Below are positions 1-8,512 of a stretch of 45,484 bases of DNA, one piece after another. Each line of letters opens with the position of its first letter. Position 1 is the stretch's first letter. The stretch is from contig CAZAUP010000001.1 of NCBI GenBank assembly GCA_964488415.1, positions 1 through 45,484 of the forward strand, given 5' to 3'. A program made the translations under genes and the position numbers. The notes beneath the pieces were generated by a model, which searched no databases, was not told the origin of the DNA, and was given only the letters and a program-made list of their open reading frames with translations. This stretch comes from an uncultured Lachnospiraceae bacterium. GTDB lineage: Bacteria; Bacillota; Clostridia; Lachnospirales; Lachnospiraceae.

Positions 1-118
1 AGAAGGCGAACGCACCCACGACTGAGCGACGAAGTCGCGAAGTGCGTGGGGAGCGTGGAGCGCGAAGCCTGCACGCAAAGGGAAGGGAGAGATGGACAGA
101 ATGAAGGAGGACATGAGT

Positions 119-1090
119 ATGAGAAAGACAATGAAAAGAGTGTTTGCTACAGCAGTAGCAACAGTGATGGTAGTGGGGATGACGGCATGTGGCAGTAAAA
201 ATGGAACGCCGGTAATCGGTATCAGCCAGTACGGCGAGCATGCTTCCCTGGATAATTGCCGCGAAGGCTTTTTACAGGGTCTTGCAGACGCAGGGCTTGT
301 AGAAGGAACTGATTTTACCGTGGATTACCAGAATGCAGGCTTTGATGACAATATCTGTACCCAGATCGGACAGAATTTTTCGGCAAAAAATGTGGATTTG
401 ATGTGCGGTATCGCAACCAATGCAGCCACGGCTTGCTTTGCGGCAGCAGAGGATAAGGATATTCCGGTGATTTTCACTGCAATTTCGGATCCGGTAAAGG
501 CAAAGCTGGACAGCGGTAATATTACCGGTACCTCTGATAAGCTTCCGGTAGCGGCACAGCTTGATTTGATTCGAAAGCTTCAGCCGGCGGCATCGACCAT
601 CGGTATTATTTATACTACCAGTGAGCCGAATTCCGTTTCTGCGGTAGAGGAATACCGGGAAAAGGCATCGGAGTACGGATTTTTTATTGAGGCACTGGGC
701 GTAACGGCGCAGGCTGAGGTGACGCAGGCAGCAGATACGTTAATAAGTAAGGGAGTTGACTGCTTTTCCAATTTGACGGACAATAATGTGGTAGGTGTGC
801 TTTCTTCTATTTTGGAAAAGACGAATGAGGCAGGGATTCCGGTGTACGGAAGTGAAGTTGAGCAGGTAACCATTGGTTGTGTGGCAGCGGCAGGAATCGA
901 TTATTTTGAGCTTGGTCGTCAGACCGGTGATATGGCAGCGAAGATATTGAAGGGGGAGGAAAAGGCTTCCGAGCTTCCGTATGAGACAATTGCGGAGTAT
1001 GGTATTTATATCAATTCGGCAGCACTTGCCGAGATGGGAATAACGATTCCGGCTGATATCGCCGAAAAGGCAATCGAGTCACGGAAATAA
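119..1090 (+). CDS. ABC transporter substrate-binding lipoprotein, ABC_sub_bind/COG2984 type (substrate unknown; family often labelled putative Trp/Tyr uptake)
   Basis: ORF 92..1090. Start moved to ATG 119: AAGGAGG lies at 104-110, and the paralog at 2990 begins with the same MRKTMKR. Signal peptide with lipobox VGMTAC. Cognate permease and ATPase genes follow. Confidence 0.8.
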   Translation: MRKTMKRVFATAVATVMVVGMTACGSKNGTPVIGISQYGEHASLDNCREGFLQGLADAGLVEGTDFTVDYQNAGFDDNICTQIGQNFSAKNVDLMCGIATNAATACFAAAEDKDIPVIFTAISDPVKAKLDSGNITGTSDKLPVAAQLDLIRKLQPAASTIGIIYTTSEPNSVSAVEEYREKASEYGFFIEALGVTAQAEVTQAADTLISKGVDCFSNLTDNNVVGVLSSILEKTNEAGIPVYGSEVEQVTIGCVAAAGIDYFELGRQTGDMAAKILKGEEKASELPYETIAEYGIYINSAALAEMGITIPADIAEKAIESRK

Positions 1091-1119
1091 TTTTACAGAA
1101 TAAAGATTGGAGCAGGAAT

Positions 1120-2007
1120 ATGCTTGATTTGATTATTAGTACAGTGACACAGGGGCTGATTTATGCCCTGCTGTCCTATGGTATTTATATTACCTATAAA
1201 ATTTTGGATTTTCCGGATTTGACAGTAGATGGAAGCTTTCCGCTGGGGGCAGCTGTTACGGCGGTATTGCTTGTGAAGGGAGTCAATCCTTATGTGACGC
1301 TGCCCGCGGCTATGGCAGTAGGGGCACTGGCCGGTTTGGTGACCGGTGTGATTCATGTATGCTTTAAAGTGCGCGATTTGCTCGCGGGTATTATTACCAT
1401 GACGGCGCTGTTTTCCATTAATTTGCAGATAGCAGGCTCTAACCTGGCCGTGGGCAGGGAGGTGGATACGATTTTTACCGCGGAGCCTGTGGTAATGCTG
1501 CTCGGCAGCTTTACCCTGTTACAAAGGAAGCTGATCGTTGCATTTTTGCTGGCAGTTATTTTTAAGCTTTTGCTGGACTTGTATTTTAAGACGAAGAACG
1601 GTCTTTTGCTTCGTGCAGTAGGTGACAATGATGTGCTTGTGACTTCTCTCGCAAAGGATAAGGGAAAGGTTAAAATTTTAGGCCTGGTGATTTCTAACGC
1701 ACTGGTAGCTCTTTGTGGCTGTGTGGTCTGCCATGAGCAGAGAAGCTTTTCTGCTACCATGGGTACGGGACAGATGGTCTTTGGTCTGGCAACAGTGATT
1801 ATCGGTACTACGATTTTTAAACGGGAAGGCGTTGTAAAAGGGACGACTGCAGTTGTGGCAGGCAGTATAATTTATAAGATTTGTATTCAGATTGCGATTA
1901 GTCTGGGGCTTCCGGCAAATTTGCTGAAGCTGGTGACGGCAGTTTTGTTCCTTGCGATTTTAGTGCTTGGAAATCGTCAGAAGGGAGGTGCAAGGAAGCA
2001 TGCTTGA
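1120..2007 (+). CDS. ABC transporter permease (COG4120-type, partner of COG2984 binding proteins)
   Basis: 295-aa polytopic hydrophobic protein. RBS GGAGCAGG lies upstream. Its stop overlaps the ATPase start (ATGCTTGA at 2000-2007). Confidence 0.8.
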   Translation: MLDLIISTVTQGLIYALLSYGIYITYKILDFPDLTVDGSFPLGAAVTAVLLVKGVNPYVTLPAAMAVGALAGLVTGVIHVCFKVRDLLAGIITMTALFSINLQIAGSNLAVGREVDTIFTAEPVVMLLGSFTLLQRKLIVAFLLAVIFKLLLDLYFKTKNGLLLRAVGDNDVLVTSLAKDKGKVKILGLVISNALVALCGCVVCHEQRSFSATMGTGQMVFGLATVIIGTTIFKREGVVKGTTAVVAGSIIYKICIQIAISLGLPANLLKLVTAVLFLAILVLGNRQKGGARKHA

Positions 2008-2773
2008 GATGAAACATATTTCTAAAATTTATAATGCGGGTACGGTAACGGAAATGTGCCTGTTTGACGACTTCAATCTGACGGTGAAGGATGGAGAGTT
2101 TGTGTCGGTGGTAGGCAGCAACGGAAGCGGTAAAACCTCCATGCTGAACATTATTTGCGGCAGTATTCCGGTGGATAAGGGGCAGGTGCTGATTAACGGG
2201 GAAAGTATTGACCGCAGGAAGGAGCATGAGAGGTATCGGAAAATGGGCCGTGTGTACCAGAATCCGGCACTGGGAACTTGTCCGCATATGACGATTCTTG
2301 AAAATATGTCGCTTGCCGACCATAAGGGAAAGCGGTTCGGTCTTTCATCCGGTGTGAACAGGGCAAGGGCTGATTATTATAAAGGGCAGCTTGCAGGTCT
2401 TGGTCTGGGGCTGGAGGATAAGATGCATGTAAAGCTTGGAGCATTGTCCGGTGGTCAGAGGCAGGCGGTTTCTCTTGTGATGGCGACCCTTACGCCGCTT
2501 GATTTTCTGATTCTGGACGAACATACGGCAGCATTGGACCCGCATACGGCAGAGACTATTATGCAGCTTACGGATAAGGTGGTAAAAGAAAAAAAGCTGA
2601 CTGCGATTATGGTGACCCACAATCTTCGGTACGCAGTGGAATATGGCAACCGCTTGCTTATGATGGATAAGGGACATATTGTTATGGATAAGTCTGGTGA
2701 AGAGAAAGCAAATATGGTAACGGATGATATTTTGCATGTATTCAACCAGATTAGTATTGAGTGCGGAAATTAG
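2000..2773 (+). CDS. ABC transporter ATP-binding protein (COG1101-type)
   Basis: Walker A GSNGSGKTS, signature LSGGQRQ, Walker B FLILDEHTAALD. Start set at ATG 2000 (MLEMKHISK) behind AAGGGAGG 1981-1988 rather than the upstream ORF start 1967. Confidence 0.9.
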   Translation: MLEMKHISKIYNAGTVTEMCLFDDFNLTVKDGEFVSVVGSNGSGKTSMLNIICGSIPVDKGQVLINGESIDRRKEHERYRKMGRVYQNPALGTCPHMTILENMSLADHKGKRFGLSSGVNRARADYYKGQLAGLGLGLEDKMHVKLGALSGGQRQAVSLVMATLTPLDFLILDEHTAALDPHTAETIMQLTDKVVKEKKLTAIMVTHNLRYAVEYGNRLLMMDKGHIVMDKSGEEKANMVTDDILHVFNQISIECGN

Positions 2774-2783
2774 GGATAGGCTA

Positions 2784-2812
2784 TTGACTTTTTCAGGTGA
2801 TAATGATACAAT
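2784..2812 (+). promoter_or_regulatory. sigma-A-like promoter TTGACT-17-TACAAT
   Basis: -35 at 2784-2789, 17-nt spacer, -10 at 2807-2812. Lies 11 nt after the ATPase stop and about 175 nt upstream of the second SBP gene. Confidence 0.5.
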
Positions 2813-2859
2813 CTTTTCAGTATAAAAGACAAGCCAGTGATTGAGATTGATAGCTTTAG

Positions 2860-2903
2860 TCCTGCCCCGTGTACTGGCATATAACACATGGGACAGGATT
2901 TTT
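2860..2903 (+). terminator. Intrinsic terminator-like hairpin plus T5, either the operon terminator or a leader attenuator
   Basis: Arm TCCTGCCCCGTGT (2860-2872) pairs with 2886-2898 (one mismatch, one G-U). TTTTT follows at 2899-2903. The ORF-track start ATG 2888 sits inside this hairpin. Confidence 0.55.
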
Positions 2904-2989
2904 GTCCGTATATATATAGACAGATAGACAGGTCTGTACAGGATTATGGGGAAGAATACATTGAGATTCAAAATCAGGAGGAAACAGAA

Positions 2990-4018
2990 ATGAGAAAGAC
3001 AATGAAAAGAATGCTTTGTGCGGCAATGACGATGACCATGGTAATCGGTGGGGCGGCATGTAATAACGGTTCGGGAAAGGATTTGTCAGCCACGGTAACA
3101 CCGCAGCCGGGCACAACACAGCAGCCGGCGGTAAAGAATATTGGCATTTGCCAATATGGAGAGCATACCTCCCTGAATCAGAGCCGCGAAGGCTTTTTAC
3201 AGGGATTAAAGGATGCCGGTATGACAGAAGGCACTGACTTTACCATAGATTACCAGAATGCGGACTTTGATACTGCAGCATGTGATACAATAGCAAAGGA
3301 GTTTGTTTCGAAAAAGGTTGATTTGATTTGCAGCATTGCAACAAATGCAGCCACGGCAAGTGTGGCGGCAACGGAAGGTACCGATATTCCGGTATTGTTT
3401 GCTGCGGTTACGGATCCGGAGGGTGCAGGTCTTGCGGAGGGAAATGTAACCGGTACCTCGGATGCATTGCCGATTGACGAGCAGCTCAAGCTGATTCGTG
3501 AGTTACAGCCGGGTGCAGATACCATCGGTATTGTGTATACTGTTTCCGAACCGAACTCTGTATCTGCGATTGGTGAGTATAGCTTATTAGGATTAGAGCA
3601 TGGCTTTACCATTCGCTCCATCGGAGTTTCCTCCCAGGAGGAGGTTACCCGTGCGGTGGATACGCTGATTACCTTGGGTGTGGACTGTTTTTCCAATGTA
3701 AGTGACAGCAATATTACCAATATTCTCCCGACTCTTTTGGAGCAGACCAATCAGTTTGGCATTCCGGTGTATGGCTGCGATAAAGCACAGGTAGAAAGCG
3801 GTTGTGTGGCAACGGTGGCAGTAGATTATTACGAGCTTGGTGTAGAAACCGGTAAGATGGCAGCAAAGCTGTTGAAGGGTGAAATCGCAGCGGCTTCTAC
3901 AGAGTATGTAACAATGTATAATTACAGTACCTACATTAACAGCGAGGCAATTTCCAATATCGCACTGTTCGTTCCGGAGAAGATTACAAACAGTGCAGTT
4001 GATGTGAAGAAGAATTAA
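2990..4018 (+). CDS. Second, paralogous COG2984-type ABC substrate-binding lipoprotein (orphan SBP)
   Basis: Start at ATG 2990 behind AGGAGG (2976-2981). Lipobox GGAAC. Long blocks shared with the first SBP (QYGEH.SL...REGFLQGL, TDF..DYQNA, ATNAATA, GTSD, QP...IGI.YT.SEPNSVSA, GVDCFSN, GIPVYG). Confidence 0.85.
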   Translation: MRKTMKRMLCAAMTMTMVIGGAACNNGSGKDLSATVTPQPGTTQQPAVKNIGICQYGEHTSLNQSREGFLQGLKDAGMTEGTDFTIDYQNADFDTAACDTIAKEFVSKKVDLICSIATNAATASVAATEGTDIPVLFAAVTDPEGAGLAEGNVTGTSDALPIDEQLKLIRELQPGADTIGIVYTVSEPNSVSAIGEYSLLGLEHGFTIRSIGVSSQEEVTRAVDTLITLGVDCFSNVSDSNITNILPTLLEQTNQFGIPVYGCDKAQVESGCVATVAVDYYELGVETGKMAAKLLKGEIAAASTEYVTMYNYSTYINSEAISNIALFVPEKITNSAVDVKKN

Positions 4019-4054
4019 AAGGGATGCAGGTTCCCTGTTAGGTATGGACGGATT

Positions 4055-4085
4055 CCTGCCCGGCATAGAGTCGGGCAGGTTTTTT
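4055..4085 (+). terminator. Rho-independent terminator
   Basis: CCTGCCCG (4055-4062) / CGGGCAGG (4072-4079), 9-nt loop, followed by T6 (4080-4085). Confidence 0.8.
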
Positions 4086-4129
4086 GTATTATAGGAAATT
4101 TTATTCCATGAAAGTAAAAGGAGAACAGA

Positions 4130-4612
4130 ATGAGTAAGCAAATTGAGGAACGGGTCGTGGAAATCTTACAGAAGCGGGGCATGAGGATTTCCTTTGCGGA
4201 ATCCTGCACGGGAGGGTTATGCTCGGCAAGACTGGTTGGGGTGGCAAATGCGTCCGCAGTGTTTGATGCCGGAGTGGTGACTTATGCAAACGAAGCAAAG
4301 ATTCGTTATCTCGGAGTGCGGCCGGAGACAATTGAAGGCTATGGAGTAGTCAGTGAGCCGGTGGCCTGTGAAATGGCAAGAGGGATTGCGTTGGCGCAGA
4401 ATGCGCAGGTGGGCGTTGGAGTTTCCGGAATTGCGGGACCTTCCGGCGGAAGCGCGGAAAAACCGGTAGGAACGGTTTGCTTTGGGTTTTATGTCAGCGG
4501 AAACGTGACTACTGTGACAAAGAATTTTGGAAGCATCGGAAGAAATGAAGTAAGAAATGCAGCGGTTGATTTTGTGTTTGAAATGCTGGAGAAGCTAATC
4601 GGCGAGGCATGA
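4130..4612 (+). CDS. pncC: CinA C-terminal-domain protein / nicotinamide-nucleotide amidohydrolase (PncC-like)
   Basis: 160 aa. FAESCTGG motif and GVSGIAGPSGG...KPVGTV motif, typical of the CinA_C family. RBS AAAGGAG. Confidence 0.8.
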   Translation: MSKQIEERVVEILQKRGMRISFAESCTGGLCSARLVGVANASAVFDAGVVTYANEAKIRYLGVRPETIEGYGVVSEPVACEMARGIALAQNAQVGVGVSGIAGPSGGSAEKPVGTVCFGFYVSGNVTTVTKNFGSIGRNEVRNAAVDFVFEMLEKLIGEA

Positions 4613-4661
4613 GCCGGTTTTTGAAACTAATCGGCGAGGTATTTTGTTACAGGTGTAGGGA

Positions 4662-4692
4662 GGGCTGCGCACAGTTATATATGCGACAGCCC
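4662..4692 (+). terminator. Terminator-like hairpin after the cinA-like gene (no clear U-tract)
   Basis: GGGCTGCGCA (4662-4671) pairs with TGCGACAGCCC (4682-4692) with one bulge. Confidence 0.3.
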
Positions 4693-5239
4693 CCGTTTAC
4701 TTTAGAGAGAAAAGACGCGTATGACTTACGCAGAGAAGATGCCGGTAAATGACATGAGAAATGCCATTGAAAATGAAACCCCGGTATGCGTACCCTTTGA
4801 TATAGTTGTATGATGAATGGTAACAGCGCATAATGGCAGGGTGGTTCCTGCAGGAGAGCGGTTCGTTCATAGAATATACAAATCATGGGAATTGCGATGA
4901 AGGTTCACCGGAAAGTAAGCGGCAGAAGATTAAGAAGAGAGTTTTGTGAGCCGCCTACAAAGGAAATTATAACAAAAAGCTTGCAAGTTTACAAGAACTA
5001 AGAAATTAGCACCGGGGGGAAATAGGGCAAAAGTCCTAGAAAATAAAGGGTTTTTCTAAGTAAAGACGAAAAAAGTTTGTGAAAATGTTACAAAAATAAA
5101 GATATGAAATTGGTTAGAATTTACAAAGAAAAGGAAAAATAAACAGCGAACATACGTTTTGAGGCGGCGACAGCCTGACGAAAACTGATAAAAATACAGA
5201 GATGCTTCATTTCTTTATATAGACCGTAATAATTAAAGA

Positions 5240-5268
5240 TTGCAAAATTTCGTAAGATAGGGTATACT
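5240..5268 (+). promoter_or_regulatory. sigma-A-like promoter TTGCAA-17-TATACT for the GH67 operon
   Basis: -35 at 5240-5245, 17-nt spacer, -10 at 5263-5268. Lies about 30 nt upstream of the RBS AGGAGG and ATG 5300. Confidence 0.6.
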
Positions 5269-5299
5269 AAATGCATCAATCACTAGGAGGTATGCCCCT

Positions 5300-7357
5300 A
5301 TGACAGAGTATACGTCAGCATGGCTGTCCTTTAAAATGAAAGCGCTTACAAATACATCTGTTTGGAGCAAGGTGACAGTTGTAACAGGTAAAAAGACCGA
5401 GGAAGTGCCGGAGACTGTACAGACGGCAGTGAAGGAGCTTGCCCGTGCGGCAAAGGAGCTGTTTGGAATTGATTTAAAGACGGAAGCGGTACAGGCGGAG
5501 TTCGGAACGGAGGAGCCAGAGGCAGAAAGCATCCGGAAGCGGACCGGACTGGAAGAGGGTCTTATATTGTTGTATATGCCGGAGCTGGAACGCGCTTATA
5601 AAGAGGGCTACCGCGTTATTTCGGAGGAGAAGGCAGTTTATCTTATCGGTGGAACCGGTCGGGGACTTTTGTATGGTGCATTTGATGTGATTCGTACAGA
5701 AGTAATTGAAGACGGCGTTGCAAGAGGGGATAAGAAAATTTTTCCGGATAATCCGCTTCGTATGATGAATCACTGGGATAATATGGATGGCAGCATTGAA
5801 CGGGGCTATTCCGGAAATTCTTTTTTCTTTGACGAAAATGAGGTTTTGGTAAACGAGCGTACCAGGGAGTATGCAAGACTGTGTGCCTCCGTTGGAATCA
5901 ATGCCACGGTGATTAATAATGTAAATGTGAAGAATGCGGCAACGTATTTAATTACGCCGCGCTATGAAAAAGAGCTGGCAGCAATGTCGGAGATTTTTGC
6001 AGAGTATGGTGTGGATCTTTATTTGTCCTTGAACTTTGCGGCTCCGATGGAGCTTGCGGAAATGCCGGTTTCCGACCCGTTAGATGAGAATGTCAGGGCA
6101 TGGTGGAAGAAAACAATGGAACAGGTATTTACTGCGATACCGCGTCTGGGGGGCTTTCTTGTAAAGGCGGATTCGGAAGGAAGACCGGGACCGCATACCT
6201 ACGGAAGAACGCAGGCGGAGGGTGCCAATATGCTGGCTGAGGCGGTAGCACCGTATGGCGGTATGATTATTTGGCGGTGCTTTGTATATAATTGTACGCA
6301 GGATTGGCGTGACAGAAAAACAGACCGCGCGCGTGCAGGCTATGATTATTTTAAACCGCTGGATGGTCAGTTTGCGGATAATGTGATACTTCAGATTAAA
6401 AACGGTCCGATGGATTTTCAGGTGAGAGAGCCGGTTTCTCCACTTTTCGGCGGTCTGGAAAAAACCAATCAGATGCTGGAGGTGCAGGCGGCGCAGGAGT
6501 ACACCGGACAGCAAAGGCATTTTTGCTATCTCGTTCCGATGTGGAAGGAAACGCTGGATTTTAAAACCTATTGCAAACCGGATCGTGATACCGTAGCGGA
6601 TATCGTCGGGGGCAGAACCTATTGTCAGAGTGCCTGCGGTATGGCGGCAGTGACGAACACCGGTAACGATGAAAACTGGACCGGTCATGATTTTGCAGGG
6701 CTGAACTGGTATGGCTTTGGAAGGCTTGCATTTACGACCTCTCTTTCTGCAAAGGAAATCGCGGAGGAGTGGATTAAGCTTGCCGTGACAAAGGAGCCTG
6801 CGGCAGTAAAGGCGTTAACCGAAATGGCTCTTTGCTCCAGAGAGGTATATGAGAAATATACATCACCGCTTGGTATCGGCTGGATGGTAAATCCGAGTCA
6901 TCATTACGGACCGAATGTGGACGGATATGAGTATGACCGCTGGGGGACCTATCATCGTGCGGATTTGCATGGACTCGGTGTGGACAGAACTACCAGGGGT
7001 ACGGGGTATACAACCCAGTACCGTGAGGAAAACTTTAAAATGTATGAGAATCCGGAAACCTGTCCGGAGGAGCTGCTGTTGTTTTTCCACTATATTCGTT
7101 ACGATTATGTGCTAAAGTCCGGCAAGACGCTGATACAGCACATTTACGATACTCATTTTGAGGGAGCCGAAAAGGCGGAGGAGTTTTTTGAAACAGTGAA
7201 AAGCTTAAAGAATGCCATTCCGGAGGAGATGTATCAGCGTGTAGTATCACGCTTTGAGCATCAGGCGGCTCATTCAAAGGAATGGAGAGATATTATTAAC
7301 TCGTACTTTTACCGTAAGTCCGGTATTCCGGATGCTTACGGCAGGGAGCTATATTAA
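5300..7357 (+). CDS. aguA: GH67 alpha-glucuronidase, cytoplasmic (no signal peptide)
   Basis: 685 aa. N-terminal YTSAWLSF, central GGFLVKADSEGRPGP and WRCFVY blocks characteristic of GH67. Xylan gene context. Confidence 0.85.
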   Translation: MTEYTSAWLSFKMKALTNTSVWSKVTVVTGKKTEEVPETVQTAVKELARAAKELFGIDLKTEAVQAEFGTEEPEAESIRKRTGLEEGLILLYMPELERAYKEGYRVISEEKAVYLIGGTGRGLLYGAFDVIRTEVIEDGVARGDKKIFPDNPLRMMNHWDNMDGSIERGYSGNSFFFDENEVLVNERTREYARLCASVGINATVINNVNVKNAATYLITPRYEKELAAMSEIFAEYGVDLYLSLNFAAPMELAEMPVSDPLDENVRAWWKKTMEQVFTAIPRLGGFLVKADSEGRPGPHTYGRTQAEGANMLAEAVAPYGGMIIWRCFVYNCTQDWRDRKTDRARAGYDYFKPLDGQFADNVILQIKNGPMDFQVREPVSPLFGGLEKTNQMLEVQAAQEYTGQQRHFCYLVPMWKETLDFKTYCKPDRDTVADIVGGRTYCQSACGMAAVTNTGNDENWTGHDFAGLNWYGFGRLAFTTSLSAKEIAEEWIKLAVTKEPAAVKALTEMALCSREVYEKYTSPLGIGWMVNPSHHYGPNVDGYEYDRWGTYHRADLHGLGVDRTTRGTGYTTQYREENFKMYENPETCPEELLLFFHYIRYDYVLKSGKTLIQHIYDTHFEGAEKAEEFFETVKSLKNAIPEEMYQRVVSRFEHQAAHSKEWRDIINSYFYRKSGIPDAYGRELY

Positions 7358-7403
7358 GAACCAAACAGCAAAAAGAAACTAATTTCATTTGGAGGTATTC
7401 ATT

Positions 7404-8477
7404 ATGGATATGACATTACGTTGGTATGGAAGTAAGAATGACAGTGTAACCTTGCAGCAGATTCGTCAGATTCCGGGGGTGACCGGTGTGATTTCTGCAT
7501 TGCACGATATCCCGGCGGGCGAGCCGTGGCCGTATGAGGAGGTTATGAGGCTGAAGGAAGAGGTAGAGGCAGCCGGGCTTAAGCTTGCAGGCGTGGAAAG
7601 TATCAATATTCATGAGGATATTAAGCTTGGGGCACCGACCAGGGACAAGCTGATTGATAACTATATTACTTCCCTGGAAAGCGTCGGCAAGGCTGGAATT
7701 AAGCTTGTATGCTATAATTTTATGCCGGTCTTTGACTGGACCAGAACGGACCTTGCAATGCCGCTTGCAGACGGTTCCACTGTACTTGCTTATGATGGTA
7801 AAATGATTGAGGGCATTGACCCGGATGAAATGTTTGAGAAAATTGAGAAGGAGAGCGGCGGGTTTGTAATGCCGGGCTGGGAGCCGAATCGTAAAGATGA
7901 GATTAAGGAGTTGTTCCGGAAGTATAAGGGCATGACGCATGAGCAGCTTTTGGAAAATTATGGTTATTTTATCGGGAGAATAATGCCAACCTGCGAGAAG
8001 TACGGTATTATGATGGCAGTGCATCCGGATGACCCGGCATGGGATATTTTCGGTCTGCCGCGTATTGTAACAAGTGAGGAGGCACTGCTTAAGGTGGCAG
8101 CACTTCATCCGAGTAAGCTTCACGGCTTTACGCTCTGTACCGGTTCTCTCGGCAGCAGTCGTAAGAATGATTTGGTAAAGATTATTCGTAATCCAAAGAT
8201 TGCGGAACGTATTCATTTTGCGCATATTCGTAATGTAAAGTTTGAGACGGAGGATGAGTTCCATGAGAGTGCGCATCTTTCTTCCGAGGGTAGCTTTGAT
8301 ATGTATGAAATTGTGAAAGCACTTCAGGAAATGGGATTTGACGGTGTAATTCGTCCGGATCACGGAAGAATGATTTGGGGCGAGCAGGCAAGACCGGGAT
8401 ACGGCCTGTATGATCGGGCACTGGGCGCGGTTTATATTGAGGGGCTTTGGGAGGCTGTCAGGAAGTCCGCAAAGTAA
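7404..8477 (+). CDS. uxuA: Mannonate dehydratase
   Basis: MDMTLRWYG...IRQIPGVTGV N-terminus matches the UxuA pattern (E. coli MEQTWRWYG...). Start at ATG 7404 behind GGAGG 7391-7395. The ORF-track start 7389 is a TTG. Confidence 0.9.
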   Translation: MDMTLRWYGSKNDSVTLQQIRQIPGVTGVISALHDIPAGEPWPYEEVMRLKEEVEAAGLKLAGVESINIHEDIKLGAPTRDKLIDNYITSLESVGKAGIKLVCYNFMPVFDWTRTDLAMPLADGSTVLAYDGKMIEGIDPDEMFEKIEKESGGFVMPGWEPNRKDEIKELFRKYKGMTHEQLLENYGYFIGRIMPTCEKYGIMMAVHPDDPAWDIFGLPRIVTSEEALLKVAALHPSKLHGFTLCTGSLGSSRKNDLVKIIRNPKIAERIHFAHIRNVKFETEDEFHESAHLSSEGSFDMYEIVKALQEMGFDGVIRPDHGRMIWGEQARPGYGLYDRALGAVYIEGLWEAVRKSAK

Positions 8478-8512
8478 AACAGAAGATACGGATTCGCGGG
8501 AAGGAAAAAGGT

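Noticed and set aside
1-91. GC-rich leader with nested hairpins (GCGAC-GAA-GTCGC; CCCACG...CGTGGG) upstream of the first SBP gene. It could be the 3' part of a T-box or riboswitch.
   Set aside because: No T-box (AGGGTGGNACCGCG-like) or preQ1 consensus is visible, and the element is truncated by the window edge. It cannot be supported from this sequence alone.
2888-2989. Upstream-extended starts proposed by the ORF track (2888, 1967, 7389, 8447, 12002, 18358, 23133, 31522, 32879, 37261, 41402, 42636; on the minus strand 16782, 17952, 37112, 43812).
   Set aside because: In each case an internal ATG or GTG has a GGAGG-type RBS at 6-10 nt and begins a signal peptide or a conserved N-terminus. 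The extensions lack RBSs, and the one at 2888 lies inside a terminator hairpin.
4595-4639. 13-bp direct repeat CTAATCGGCGAGG at 4595-4607 (the last codons of the cinA-like gene) and at 4627-4639. It could be an att-site or target-site duplication.
   Set aside because: The copies are only 19 nt apart, with nothing mobile between or beside them. This is most simply a small local duplication at the gene's 3' end.
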